Of a stretch of 64,000 nt of DNA, positions 37,464 through 49,930 are shown in pieces. The position numbers and the translations under genes were made by a program. Positions within the stretch are counted from its first letter, which is position 1. Each line of letters opens with the position of its first letter. The stretch is from Fonticula alba ATCC 38817. Taxonomy: Eukaryota; Protista; Nucleariida. Location of the stretch: the NCBI GenBank assembly GCA_000388065.2, contig KB932202.1. One strand, written 5' to 3'. A model generated the notes under the pieces. That model was not told where the DNA came from. It did not search any database and worked only from the letters and a program-made list of their open reading frames with translations.

Positions 37464-39815
37464 ATGTCAGCCTTGAAGCGCGCGGCTCGTCGGCTTGGCG
37501 TGTCAAGCCAGCGCTACGGCTGTGCGTCCGGCCACTTCCCCTCCCTTTCGCCCGCTCGGGGCCACGGCTCATCCTCGGGGCCGACTATGACCCTGCTGCC
37601 CACTCGCCCGTGCTCGCCTCTCGCCCTCTCGCTGCCTCTTCTAACATGCCATCCTGGCCCCATCGCGCCCTCGATGCGCGGAATGCCCCCCGGGTGGGGG
37701 AACCGCCGCCCAACTCCAGCCTTTGATGAGGAAAAGCTCTCGCCCGAGGCACTTCTCTCTGGTGAGGGGAAGATCTTTGACATTGCTGTGCGTCCCCCCC
37801 CCCCCTCCCCCGCCCCCCGATGCTGCCAAACACCACGGCGACCCTCCCTCTGACGCCTTGAAACTGGCCCGAAATTCCAGCACATCTCGCGCAATGACCA
37901 GACCTTCACTCCGGAAATCATGTCGAAAAAGTCGGCCAATGGCCAAGACGTGCTCCCCTCCTTCCAGGTGAGGCTCAGCACCGAGGGTGTTGCCATCATG
38001 TCATACGACCTGAATGACGTTAATGTCCGTGCGGACCTTTTCCCCTGGCTGGCTGGGCATGGGGCCCGGCAGTCCCAGTCCCCTCCATTGTAAGACAGCT
38101 GACAGGATGCTTGCCTGCTCGCGCTTGCGCACTTTCCTCCCAGGATGGACATCGTGTTGAGCGATCCTTCAGCCTTCGAGTGGTCCATTCATTTGGGCTG
38201 CAGCTCCCCCGCACCAAGATGGAGCGGAAGATGGCCCTGCCACGCATCCGCATCAAGTGCCGCGGGTCGGAACTCTGGGAATTCGAGGGTGCCGAGGTTC
38301 GTTTGCAGGCACATGTAGACCCCCGACCCGGTGCCGGGTCTCCCGTCGCTGAGTGTCCCCCTTCCCCGCTCCCACCCCCTGCTCACCTGGTTCCCCATCC
38401 TCCTCGGGCGTGTTGTCGCCGGGGCGGGGGAGGGCCGCTTGCCCCTCCAGGCCCCGGACATCTACAAGACCCTTCACCTGTGTATTGAGCTTCTCAAGCG
38501 GGAGCTAACCCAGAGTGGCGAGATCTTCCAATACCAACCAGCAGTCTCGCTGCGTGACGATGGCCGCTTTGAGGAAGACAACTCCCCGGGCGGGCGCATG
38601 CGTCGATCTCGCAGCATGAACAGCTACCGGGCCGGCCCGGCTCCGGGCGGGGCCGACTTCGCCATGGGCCATGATCGCGCCGGGTCGGACATGGCCGGCA
38701 CCAGCGTCGAGCCAAACACCCCGGAAGCCGGCGCCCGACTGGTGACGGTCCAGCACTCGACCTCGGCGACCCTGGGGCCCGGAAGCCCGGGGGCCCTCCC
38801 CCGGAGTGGCAGTCACCCGCATTTGTCGCAGTCTGCCACATGGACCGGGGCCCCGGGGCCCGGCGAGGCCTTCCCAACGTTGGAGCCCCCGCGCCCGGCT
38901 TCGGCCGCGTCCGGGGTCGGCTTGCGTCGGTCACACACCCTGCGAGTGGCTGGCGACGCGGCGGGCTTCGGCGCGGCTGCCATGTCCCCCGGCACACCGC
39001 CGCCCTCTTCGGGGATGATTCGCAGTGGTAGCGCACACTTCCCGGCGGCCGTGGCCGGGGCGCCGCATGCGCCGTCGCCCGTCCATCCGGTCTCAATGGA
39101 ACTAACCCCCTGGGCACAGGCCATGCCGGCTACTCCGGTGGCCGCCGCACCAGCCCAGGCCATCCAGCCATGCCCGGGCATCCCGGCGGCCTTCGGCCAG
39201 GTGACCACCGCGCCGACGTCACCGCGGCGCGAGCTTTGGGAAGAGGTCTTCCAGGAGGTGACCAGTGTCCCGACAGCGGCAGGCCCGGTCCCGGCGGCTG
39301 CTGGCCTCGGGCACCCGGGCGCCGGGCCGGCAACTGACGGAGCCCCGGGCGGCCGGCGAGCCGGCATTCAGCCAACTGCCACCCCTACTTCGTTGCAATC
39401 CGCCACCGGGGTCCCGGCCACCGGGTATGTCCTGCCGGCGGGGCTTTGCCATGCTGCGCCGGATCCCTTCGCCAGCATGCCAGTTGCCGGTGCGGGGGCG
39501 CCAGCCGCCAGCAGCACGGCCTCCCGGCTCCGGCCCGACGCCTTTCCCGTGGGCCCAGGCTTGACTGTTCCCGTGGTCCAGGCGCCGGTGTTGATGCACC
39601 AGCCGCAATATCTGCCACCCTCGGCCACGGGGGGGGCAATGCAACCGCCTCGGCACTTCGGCGGGGCGCCTGCCGGGGGAGGAGATCCCTTTGCCGCTGC
39701 TTGGTCCGGGCCGGCCGAGCCGCCGTGTCAAACCTCCGACCCTTTCCTCGTGACGCCGGCTCAGCCGCCCGCCCAGTCGGGAGGCGTCAGTGCATCGGCA
39801 AATTGGTGGGACTGA
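37464..39815 (+). CDS. Hypothetical protein: N-terminal PH/PTB-like domain, low-complexity tail with three DPF motifs
   Basis: Short exons from ATG 37464 join in frame: FDEEKLSPEALLSGEGKIFDIA|HISRN..VRLSTEGVAIMSYDL..|DGHRVERSFSLRVVHSFG..RIRIKCRGSELWEFEGAE|APDIYKTLHLCIELLKRE. A long Pro/Ala-rich final exon ends ANWWD*. The fold is inferred from the strand-strand-C-terminal-helix pattern only. Confidence 0.6.
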
Positions 39816-41384
39816 CCAATTCCATGGGCATCCACCCGGCCGGGAATTGGCCGCCCGAGAGTGTGTGTGTGTGTGTGTGTGTGTGTCTGTGTGCGTGTGT
39901 GTCCATGGCCACGAGTGTTTTCGGTGCCCCGCGGCCGCTCCTTTGTCAGGGCGCATCAAAGAGGGTTGCTTGGGCAGGTGTGGGCTACACAGGCATAAGG
40001 GAGACAAGCGACAATCCAAGGCAGAACGCCTACTGTGGAAAAAAAAGGCTGTTCCCTTGTACAAACACACACACACACACACACACACACAAGGCCTTGT
40101 CGCGCACCTTCCCTTTCCCGGGAAATAGAAAATCACCGCCCCCAACACATTGTGGGCGAGGAGTTCCTCGTATGATCATGCTCCAAAAATATACGTGACA
40201 CGATTTTGGACGCGTGATTGGGGAGCCGACTGCTCTTAACGGAGCCAGGGCACCCTGCGCCCCGACCGAGCCGCGAGGGCCCACCGACCCGCACAAAAGT
40301 GGAGATCTCTCGGGGGGAGGGGGGGGGCGGGGGCGTTTAGACTCCAGCTGATGGGCCGCAGGGGCCGGCGACCGGCGGGAGATGAAGTGCCGGCGTGCCG
40401 GGCGGGCGCCTCTGTCCCAGCCTGGCAGCTCTCTCGGCGGGGGGGGGGGGGAGGGGGCGGGACTCCTCCAAGGCCCTGACCCGTGGGAGGAGGCCTGCGC
40501 CTTGCGCCTCGGCGCCGCCCACGCACGACACCCTCGCCCAGGCCCCAACCGGAGTGATGACTCGGCAAAGCGTCTGTGTCTCCGGCGGAAACCCCCCGGG
40601 GGGGGGGGGCGACGCGCGCCGCGCACATTTTCACGTCCCGCTCTTCCCGGGCACCGTCCCCCGCGCCCGGGTGTCCTCGGGCTGATGCCCACCCTGCGGC
40701 CGCCCCCCCCCCCCCCCCCGGGGGGGGGCAGGACAGGCGCGCCGTCACCCACCAGCTTTCCCCCTGGGCTCGCGGACCCTCGGGGAAAAATCGAAAAAAA
40801 GGCACCCATCCGGCGGCAAAGGCCATGGCTGCTCCAACTTTCCCGGCCTGCATCCAACCCCACCTCAACACGTGTGGCCGAGCCGGCCAGACGGCCAGGG
40901 CGGGAAAAGGCCCCGCCGGGGCCCGAATCCCCCCGCCGACCGGTGTATACGCGCGGCTTTGGGGTTGAGGCGCCCCGATCGCCCCCCTCCGGGGCACGGG
41001 CAATGGGGGGGGGGGGCCTCCTACCATGCACCCGAGTGTGCGTGTGTGCATATGTTGTGCGCGAGCGCGTGCGTGTGTGTATTCCCGGAGGAGGCAGGGG
41101 GTCCCAAGGTCGCGAAATACAGGCAGAGGGCAGAAAAATGGGCGTGCCTCGCAGGGGAGGTGCTTCGCGCGCGGGCGCGCGCCGGCCTGGTGCCATCGGA
41201 CGATCTCGCATACGGGAGGAAGGGGGTCAGTCGTGCCTTTTCGCGGTCCCCCCACCCCCACGCCCGACGGCGGGGACACGCCCGACGGCGTGCGGGTGAG
41301 GCCAAAAATCTCAAACTTGAATGTTCGGCGGAATATATAATCCTTGAATATGGTGCCCATGCCGAGGAGCGCACTCTCTCCTTT

Positions 41385-41423
<39 letters not shown>

Positions 41424-43029
41424 CTCTCTGCCTCAGTGCGAAACACCAAAGGCCGGGTCCCATGCATGTTCCTGCTCATTTGCCCGTGCCCGCGCCCCCA
41501 CCGGCCGACCTTGCCGCGTGTGCCTCCGGCGGTGGCCCCCCTTTTTTCGGGCCCGAGTGGGGTAGGTGTTTCCTTCGCCCCTTGGCGCACGCCACCCTGC
41601 CCCCCCCCCTCCCCCCTCCCCCCCCCCGCCCGCCGCCCCCCCCTGCCGTGCTCCCCGGCCCCGCCCGTGTGGGGGGGGGCCCCCCTGGGGCCCCCCCCCC
41701 CGGCCCCCCCCCCCCCCGGGGCGCGGGGGTGGGGGGGGGGGGGGGGGGGGGGTCTGTGCGCGTGGCGTCTAGTCACCGGTTGGGGTCTCTCCCCCTCTCT
41801 CTCTCTCTCTCTCGCTCTCTGTCCATCGTCGTCCCTCCCCTCCACTCGCCCTTCCCGTTTTCTTTCGGCCAGTGTGGGTGTGGGTGTGCGCGCGTGCATG
41901 CGCCCGGGGCAGCAGGAACCCTGGCAATATTTATGTGCCCTCCCTTGCGACTTGCGATCATGCTCGCCTCCGACCGGCACACACGCCTCTCCGGCGCGTT
42001 TTCCCGGCCGCCCGGCTCGCTTCTTTCGTCGGCGGCCAGGCAGTCGACGCCGTCCGGTGTGGGCCCAGCACCAGGGCGCGCAATTGGTCTGGCACCTTCC
42101 CTAGCGCGCCAGTCTGGTGCCAGCTGACGCCGTAAATCGTCCACGGTGGCCCGCCTCTCCGGTGTCGCCCGCAAATTCGCACACCGGCGACCGGCAGTTG
42201 GGCCTAGGAGGCGGCAGCCGCGCCACCGGGCATCTGCCCCCCTCCCCCCCCCCAGGGGGGGTTCCGCTGGCAGGATGCGTTTATCGTTGAAGGGCGTGTC
42301 TCCGTCGTCGGGACCAGGTCCCCTCGTCCGTCGGCCCAGCCGGGATTTTACCCCCTCACGCCAGGCCGGTGATGGGGTGGGCCGGGGCGGCGGGGGGGGG
42401 GGGGCAAGTATCGCGGTCACCCAGCCGACCCTATCCGCTCGCCCACGGAGAACACGGACTTACCCACCCTCCCACACCGGGCAACTGGGGGGNNNNNNNN
42501 NNNNNNNNNNNNNNNNNNNNNNNNNNNNNNNNNNNNNNNNNNNNNNNNNNNNNNNNNNNNNNNNNNNNNNNNNNNNNNNNNNNNNNNNNNNNNNNNNNNN
42601 NNNNNNNNNNNNNNNNNNNNNNNNNNNNNNNNNNNNNNNNNNNNNNNNNNNNNNNNNNNNNNNNNNNNNNNNNNNNNNNNNNNNNNNNNNNNNNNNNNNN
42701 NNNNNNNNNNNNNNNNNNNNNNNNNNNNNNNNNNNNNNNNNNNNNNNNNNNNNNNNNNNNNNNNNNNNNNNNNNNNNNNNNNNNNNNNNNNNNNNNNNNN
42801 NNNNNNNNNNNNNNNNNNNNNNNNNNNNNNNNNNNNNNNNNNNNNNNNNNNNNNNNNNNNNNNNNNNNNNNNNNNNNNNNNNNNNNNNNNNNNNNNNNNN
42901 NNNNNNNNNNNNNNNNNNNNNNNNNNNNNNNNNNNNNNNNNNNNNNNNNNNNNNNNNNNNNNNNNNNNNNNNNNNNNNNNNNNNNNNNNNNNNNNNNNNN
43001 NNNNNNNNNNNNNNNNNNNNNNNNNNNCC

Positions 43030-46000
43030 CACCTCTCGCGCGACGAAACAGCCGCCCGCCGGGCCGTCGTCGCCACCGCCACCACCTCGACCGCTCGCCG
43101 TCTCCTGGCCAAGGTCGCGGCCCCCGAGCCGAGCGAGAACTTCCTCGCCGGCAATGCCGCCTCCTACATTGACGAGACCTACCACGCTTGGAAGGCCGAC
43201 CCCAACTCGGTGCACAAGTCCTGGCAGATCTACTTCTCCAATGTGGAGAAGGACGTCCCCCCCGGCAAGGCTTTCCAGATGCCCCCCTCCAACGGCACCC
43301 CCTTCCAGGTCCCGGGCGGCGGCTCCATCGACAGCAAGACCCTGCGCGACAGCCTGAACGCCCAGCTCCTGGTGCGCGCCTTCCAGGTCCGCGGCCATGA
43401 GGTTGCCAAGCTGGACCCCCTGCGCATGAAGGACACCGTCGTCCCGCCCGAGCTGAAGCTCGAGACCTACGGCTTCACCGAGGCCGACCTGTCCCGGCCG
43501 ATGGCCATCGGCGGGTCCGACGTCTCTGGCATCCTGGGCTCCGACACCCCGAAGACCCTGGGCGAGATCCTGGAGAGCCTGCAGCAGACCTACACCGGGT
43601 CTCTGGGCTTCGAGTACATGCACATTCGCAGCCGCGAGGAGTGCAACTGGCTGCGCGAGCGCATCGAGAGCGGCCCTCGCAAGTACACCAAGGACGAGAA
43701 GGAGGTCATCCTCGACCGCCTCATCTGGTCTGACTCCTTCGAGCGGTGCGTATATCCCGAGCGAGGCCGGCTTCGGCTCTCGCCGGTCGGCCGGGCAACC
43801 ATCATGCTGGCCCATGCTGTGGCTGGGGGCGAGGGCGAGGGCGAGGGCGAGGAGTGGGCGCAGTGACCAGGTGTGGGCTGGGGGGGGGGCAGGAGCCACA
43901 GGCGGGGCGGCAAGTGTGCCATGTGCCGTGGTCATTGCCTCCTCCTTCCCTTTCGTTTGGATTTTTCCAACACCAAAAAGCCCATCGCCCCCCCCGCTCG
44001 TGGGTTTGGCCTTTTTCCCTTCTTGCTGACTCCCTCTTCTTCCCCCGCCGCCGTCCAATCCAGCTTCGTCGCCACCAAGTACCCCTCCGAGAAGCGCTTC
44101 GGTCTGGAGGGTGGCGAGAGCCTCATCCCCGCCATGAAGGCCATGATCGACACCGCCGCCAACCTCGGCACCGAGAGCATGGTCTTCGGTATGGCCCACC
44201 GTGGTCGCCTGAACATGCTGTCCAACGTCTTCCGCAAGAAGCCCGAGGCCATCTTCTGCGAGTTCAAGGGCACCCCCGACGCCAACGACTCCTTCGCCGG
44301 TGATGTCAAGTACCACCTCGGCATGAACCTCGACCGGCCCTTCGCCCAGGGCAAGAGCATCCACCTGTCCATGGTGGCCAACCCTTCTCACCTGGAGGCC
44401 GTCAACCCGGTGGTCATGGGCAAGACCCGCGGGCAGCAGTACTTCTCCAAGGATGAGACCCGTGACAAGAATGTGTCGGTTCTGATTCACGGTGATGCCG
44501 CCTTCGCCGGTCAGGGTATCGTCTATGAGTCCCTCGGCCTGACCAACCTCAAGAACTACACCACCGGTGGTGTTCTGCACTTTGTCATCAACAACCAGAT
44601 CGGTTTCACCACCGACCCCTTCAACTCCCGCTCGACCCCCTACTGCACGGACGTCGGCCTGGCCCTGCAGGCTCCGATTGTCCATGTCAACGGTGATGAT
44701 GTCGAGGCTGTTGTCTTCGCCGCGGAGCTGGCCGCCGAGTACCGCGCCACCTTCAAGAAGGACTTCATCATTGACATGATCTGCTACCGTCGTCATGGCC
44801 ATAACGAGATTGACCAGCCGGCCTTCACCCAGGTGCGTCTTCCCTCCTGCCTTTTTTTCCCCCCCTCTCGTGGTGGCGGCCATGCCACATGCGGATTCGC
44901 CTGTCCTCTTCTTCCTTCCCCCCCCCTCCTCCTCCCCTCGCCCACTGACCGCCACGTCGTACCTTCTCTCGGCCACGCTCCGATGGCTCTCTCCCCCCCC
45001 CTCTCTCTCTCTCTTCCCCTCCTGCCCACACCCGGCACGCAGCCCCTGATGTACCAGAAGATCAAGGACCACACCACCACTCTGGACCTTTACATCGCCC
45101 AGCTCCTGAAGGAGGGCTCCATCACCGCCGAGTATGTCGAGGCCATGAAGGCCCGTGTCTGGCGCACCCTCGAGGAGGCCTACGAGCAGTCCGACTCCTT
45201 CAAGCCCACCGACGAGGAGTGGACCACTTCCAAGTGGATGGGCACCGGTCCCGAGGGCATGCGCTCTCTGAAGGACGTCAAGGAGAGCATCATCCCCCCT
45301 CCGGCCACCGGCGTTCCCGAGGCCACCCTCAACAAGATCGGCCAGGCTCTGTGCACTGTGCCGGAGGACTTCAACATCCACCCTGGTATTGCCCGTATTC
45401 TGGACGCCAAGCGCAAGGCCCTTGAGTCCGGTCAGGACATCGACATGCCGACCGCCGAGGCCCTGGCCTTCGGTGCCCTCCTGTCCGAGGGGACCCACGT
45501 CCGCATTTCCGGGCAGGATGTCGAGCGCGGTACCTTCAGCCACCGCCACTGTGTCCTCACCGATCAGAAGACCCAGGATCGCCACATCCCCCTGAACAAC
45601 CTCGGTGAGGATCTGCAGCGCGAGCATTTCACCCCCACCAACTCCTCCCTGTCGGAGTACGGTGTGCTGGGCTTCGAGCTTGGCTACTCCATGGCCAACC
45701 CCAACTCCCTGGTCCTGTGGGAGGGGCAGTTCGGTGACTTCGCCAACACCGCCCAGGTGATCATTGACCAGTTCATCGCCAGCGGTGAGACCAAGTGGCA
45801 CCAGCGCTCCGGCCTGACCATGCTCATGCCCCATGGGTATGATGGTGCTGGCCCGGAGCACTCCAGTGCCCGCATTGAGCGCTTCCTGCAGCTGCACGAT
45901 GAGAACCCCCGGGAGATGCCCTCCCTGGAGAATGACAAGATCCGTCAGATCCAGGACACCAGCTTCCAGGCGGTTTACTGCTCGACCCCGGCCAACTACT

Positions 46001-46629
46001 TCCATGCTCTGCGTCGCCAGACCAAGCGTGACTTCCGCAAGCCGCAGATCATGTTCACCTCCAAGAACCTTCTCCGTCACCCGAAGGCCCGGTCTTCCCT
46101 GGCCGAGATGTCCGAGGGGTCCGAGTTCCAGCGTGTCATCTCCGACACCGGGGCCTCGCTGACCGCCGGCCCGGAGGGCGTCCGCCGTGTCATCTTCTGC
46201 ACCGGGCAGGTGTACTACCAGCTCGATGCCACTCGTGAGCTGAACGGCGAGAAGCTCGGTGATGTGGCCATTGTCCGCATCGAGCAGCTGGCTCCCTTCC
46301 CCTTCGACCGCGTCGTGGCCGAGATGGACAAGTACCCCAACGCTTCGGAGATCGTCTGGGCCCAGGAGGAGCCGATGAACGCCGGCTGCTGGTCTCACTT
46401 CGAGCCTCGCCTGCGCACCGCCATGCGCTCTTCCACCCATCATGCTTCCAAGCTGAAGGAGCAGTTCGAGCCTGTCATCTATGCCGGCCGCCCGCCCTGC
46501 GCCTCCCCGGCCACCGGTAACCCGACCAACCACAAGGTCGAGGAGAAGAACCTCCTGACCAGCGCCTTCTTCAGCCCGGAGTCCGGCGTTGTTCCTCAGA
46601 AGTTCAACAACAACCAGCCCATCTTCTAA
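43030..46629 (+). CDS. OGDH: 2-oxoglutarate dehydrogenase E1 (start codon presumably in gap 42493-43027)
   Basis: Exons <43030-43745, 44064-44832 and 45043-46629. Motifs: SVHKSWQIYF, EKRFGLEGGE, GMAHRGRLN, GDVKYHLG, NPSHLEAV, HGDAAFAGQG (ThDP binding), NNQIGFTT, YRRHGHNE, SGQDVERGTFSHRH, WEGQFGDFAN, PHGYDGAGPEHSSAR, WAQEEPMNAG. Strong bias to C-ending codons. Confidence 0.97.
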
Positions 46630-46917
46630 GAGAGAGAGAGACGACAGAGAAGGCATCTGGGAAAGACCCGACGGCGAGAGAGGCCAAAGATAGAGCCAGA
46701 GAGAGAGAGAGACAGAGAGAGGGACGCGCTCCTTTCTCCATCTGCCATCGAGGCGATGTGAGGATGGCGGAGCGGGGCGGCCCGTGTTCTCTTTCTGGCA
46801 GGTTGGCGTGTGTGGGTGTTGGTGTGGCGCGCGGCGGCCGGCCGGCCGTGTGTGTGCGTACATCGGCATTGTGTACGGTGTGTGCCCTGTTGCCACCAGG
46901 GCCTGTCCGCGCATCCA

Positions 46918-46957
46918 CATCCACACATCCACACATCCACACATCCACACATCCACA
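46918..46957. repeat. (CATCCACA)5 tandem repeat
   Basis: Read directly, downstream of the OGDH stop. Confidence 0.9.
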
Positions 46958-47744
46958 CACACTCCTCCCCACGGCGGAAGCCATCCAATGTCCTTGCTTC
47001 CGATGAAGCAGAGCGCGCACGGAGCGAGACACAGTTGTGTGGGCATCCCCGAGTGTGGTTGGTTCCGACGAGAGAGGGCAGAACGCAAGGCGACACGACG
47101 GGGCGAGAGAGAGCACCCTGAGAATGGGCATCGGGGGAAGATGTCAGCCATGGCACTCTGGTCCCCCCTCTCGCCCCTCTCTTTCGTTCTTTGCCGTTTG
47201 TCTGTTCCCCCTCGCGCGCGTGCCTTGTCATTTGCATCGCCCTATGTGTGTGTGTGTGTCTGTATACACGCTCCGCATCTAGCTACGGTGTGATGGCTGG
47301 GCCCGAGCGGGGAAGCTCCTCTCTCTTTCTCCCCCCTCTCTCTTTCTCTCTCTCTCTCTCTCTGTGCTGCACCTTGCCTCGTCTGTCTTTTCCTACCCCC
47401 CTCTCCCCCCTTGCCACCCTTTCCCCGTCCTCCCCCCTCCTTGCCTACCTCTCTTTTCAGTCTGAAAAATAAAAATATCCTCCTTTTCATTCTCCTTTCC
47501 CTCTTATCTTTCCGCTCTCTCTCTCTCTCTTTTCGGACAGTGTTCACGCGTGTCCACTCGGGTGTTTTTTTCTCTCGTGGCAGCCATTCATCTCGCGATC
47601 TCTGGCATGTGTGTCGTCCGCCCCCGGGGCGTACCCTGCCCGCTGGTGTGTGGCCCCGTCGCGGCGGAGTGGCGCCCACAACTCAGGACGGGTCCCACTC
47701 CCGAAAGTACTTGAAGTTCTCGTCCACCCTCACCACAGTACCAA

Positions 47745-47823
47745 GGTTGGATGGCCGAGTGGTTAAGGCGCCAGTTTAAGGCACTGGTGGGAAACCGCGT
47801 GGGTTCGAGTCCCACTCCAATCA
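47745..47823 (+). tRNA. tRNA-Leu (AAG)
   Basis: Acceptor stem GGTTGGA/TCCAATC; anticodon arm CCAGT-TTAAGGC-ACTGG; long variable arm; GTTCGAGTCCC B-box; TTTTT terminator at ~47832. Confidence 0.96.
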
Positions 47824-48270
47824 TAACATTCTTTTTGCCTGCTCCACCCTGCTCAGCTGGCAGGCACGCCCCACAACACACACCCCTGCCTGCCATCAGG
47901 GAAGGAGAGACGGGGGCAGCCCCACCGCCTGCCCAGGCCGAGGAGGAGGCACAACTCATACACGGGAGGGGGGGAGACGCCCTCAGCTGTTGAGCTTTTT
48001 TCTGAGGCCGGGCACCCCCCATAGCCGGCGCGCCGGAGCCGCACGTAGTACTGAGCAGCGCTCAGAGCAGAAGGCCCAGCCCCCGGGGTGTTTCGGCCCG
48101 CGATCCCTTTTAATGCAGGAGGCCATGAAAGGTGCACATCCCGGGCACTTGAGCAGCAGGCGGCCGAGACGTTCTCGAAACAAAATAGTTTTGTCAGGTG
48201 CTCTCTCTCTCTCTCTCGCCGATGGCGCCACAGCAGGAGGTCGGTCTGACCCCGATCAAAAGATGAAAGC

Positions 48271-48344
48271 TGGCCCCAGCCAGGATCGAACTGACGACCT
48301 TCGCGTTATTAGCACGACGCTCTAACCAACTGAGCTATGGGGCC
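48271..48344 (-). tRNA. tRNA-Ile (AAT), copy 2
   Basis: The 74-nt body is identical to 32571-32644; flanks differ; a TTTT terminator is present. Confidence 0.97.
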
Positions 48345-49656
48345 ATGTGATGGAGGGGGAACAGCGAGAATTTGAATTTTTCCCGAGAGATTGCCCTCTC
48401 CTTCTCCCTTGCCCCACGGCTTCTCTTTGCACACACTGACCGAATGCCGCGCCGCGAAGAGGATGGACATGGTTCGCCGCAGCGGCAGACACCTGCATTT
48501 TGTGCATTTCGCCATAGCCACAGCCTGGTAGCCATCGAGCCCAAGCGTCGATGGCTGGGTGGGAGATCTTGTCCAAGGGGAATGTCAACCATTGGTGTGG
48601 GTACCCTGCGGTCCCGGGAAGGTGAAGGACACGCCGGGACACGGGGCCTGGGGTGCCACATGCTACATGTGCCTTCGCGTAGGCTGTCGCAGCCAGCCGG
48701 AGGCCCAGCGAGGGACTCAGACAGTGGTAAGGAAAGGGCCCTGGGCGCCACTCCGAAGGGAGGGGAGGCATCATGGTTGTTGGTTCGCATGGTCGAGGCT
48801 GCTGCTGGGGTGGACGCTCAGCAGGATCCCCCTACTCCTGAGAACCTCTCGAGGATGCTCCTCTTCCTTGGCTCGCGCGTGGTTGAGTTTCGAGTGTGGC
48901 TTGGACATGGCCAACCCAATCGGCGGTCATATACAAGCAGGGGCTGCGAGCACGACCAAGGGCGCTGAGGCCGCCCGGATCCCCCAATCGAGAGACTCAG
49001 TTAACGACCCCCTTGTCCGAGGCGTCACACCCAAGTGCAATTAAGCTATCGGCGATGGCTTCCGGGCCAACGCCAGCCGGAGGAACGTCTGGCGCTGGAG
49101 GGAGGCTGGCTGATGGGGCGGGGCATCACGAGAGGGACAAGCCTGCTCCGGGACTCTCGGTTGCCTCGAGGAGCTCCCGTTCTCGGTCTATGTGCTGGCG
49201 CGGTGGGACACGATCTGGAGAAGGCACTCCGGATGCCCGGAAGCCGTCCACAGACCGCCCCCGAACATGCGTGCCAAAACAGCCGCGCGCCCCCCCCCCT
49301 CCCCCGCCACCCCCGCCCGCACTCGGCTCCAACAGTGGGCCGAATCACGGCTGTGGGAGGCTGTCTCGTTGGGCCTCCCCCGTTTGTCCGACGATTGAAT
49401 GAGCCCGGTCCTTGGGCTGAGGAGACATTGAGCGAGGTAAAAGCCGCTGATTGCACGCGCGTACATCCATGAGGCGCATGCTTGATTGCTTGCCTGTGTC
49501 CGGTGTTGGTCAGTGTATGGCGACCGCAGCATCGAGGTGTTCGTTCCCTTCCGTCACAGCTCGCCTTGTTTGGTTTCACACCCCACCGAAGGCGACACTT
49601 GGCATGGATTATCCAGCTACTTCCCGGGTTTGGTATGCCTCATGCAAGTGCGCTCG

Positions 49657-49689
<33 letters not shown>

Positions 49690-49856
49690 CAGTTTTTAAA
49701 CACTCGGGGCCTGACGCGGATACGTCAGGCGATTGCGGATGTGATTTATTCATCCGGAAAGACGGCCAGTGTGTTTGCCTGAGGCGGGTTCCTCCCAGCC
49801 GCGATGGCTGCGAAGCGCAGAAAAAATAAATACCCCGGGTGCCTTGACCCTTCCAA

Positions 49857-49930
49857 GGCCGCGTAGCTCAATTGGATAGAGCACCTGACTACGGATCAGG
49901 AGGTTGTGTGTTCGAGCCGCATCGTGGTCA
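49857..49930 (+). tRNA. tRNA-Arg (ACG)
   Basis: GGCCGCGTAGCTCAATTGGATAGAGCACCTGACTACGGATCAGGAGGTTGTGTGTTCGAGCCGCATCGTGGTCA forms a cloverleaf; TTTTT follows. Confidence 0.96.

Noticed and set aside
42460-47151. 1563-aa minus-strand ORF, and other long antisense ORFs (e.g. 12808-14121, 23734-25188)
   Set aside because: These are antisense shadows of strongly codon-biased OGDH, NEMF and NAT10, and some are extended through N-gaps; no recognisable domains.
47745-47823. Link between NAT10 and the nearby tRNA-Leu carrying the C12 (CCG) acetylation context
   Set aside because: The motif is general to eukaryotic Leu/Ser tRNAs and the loci are 19 kb apart.
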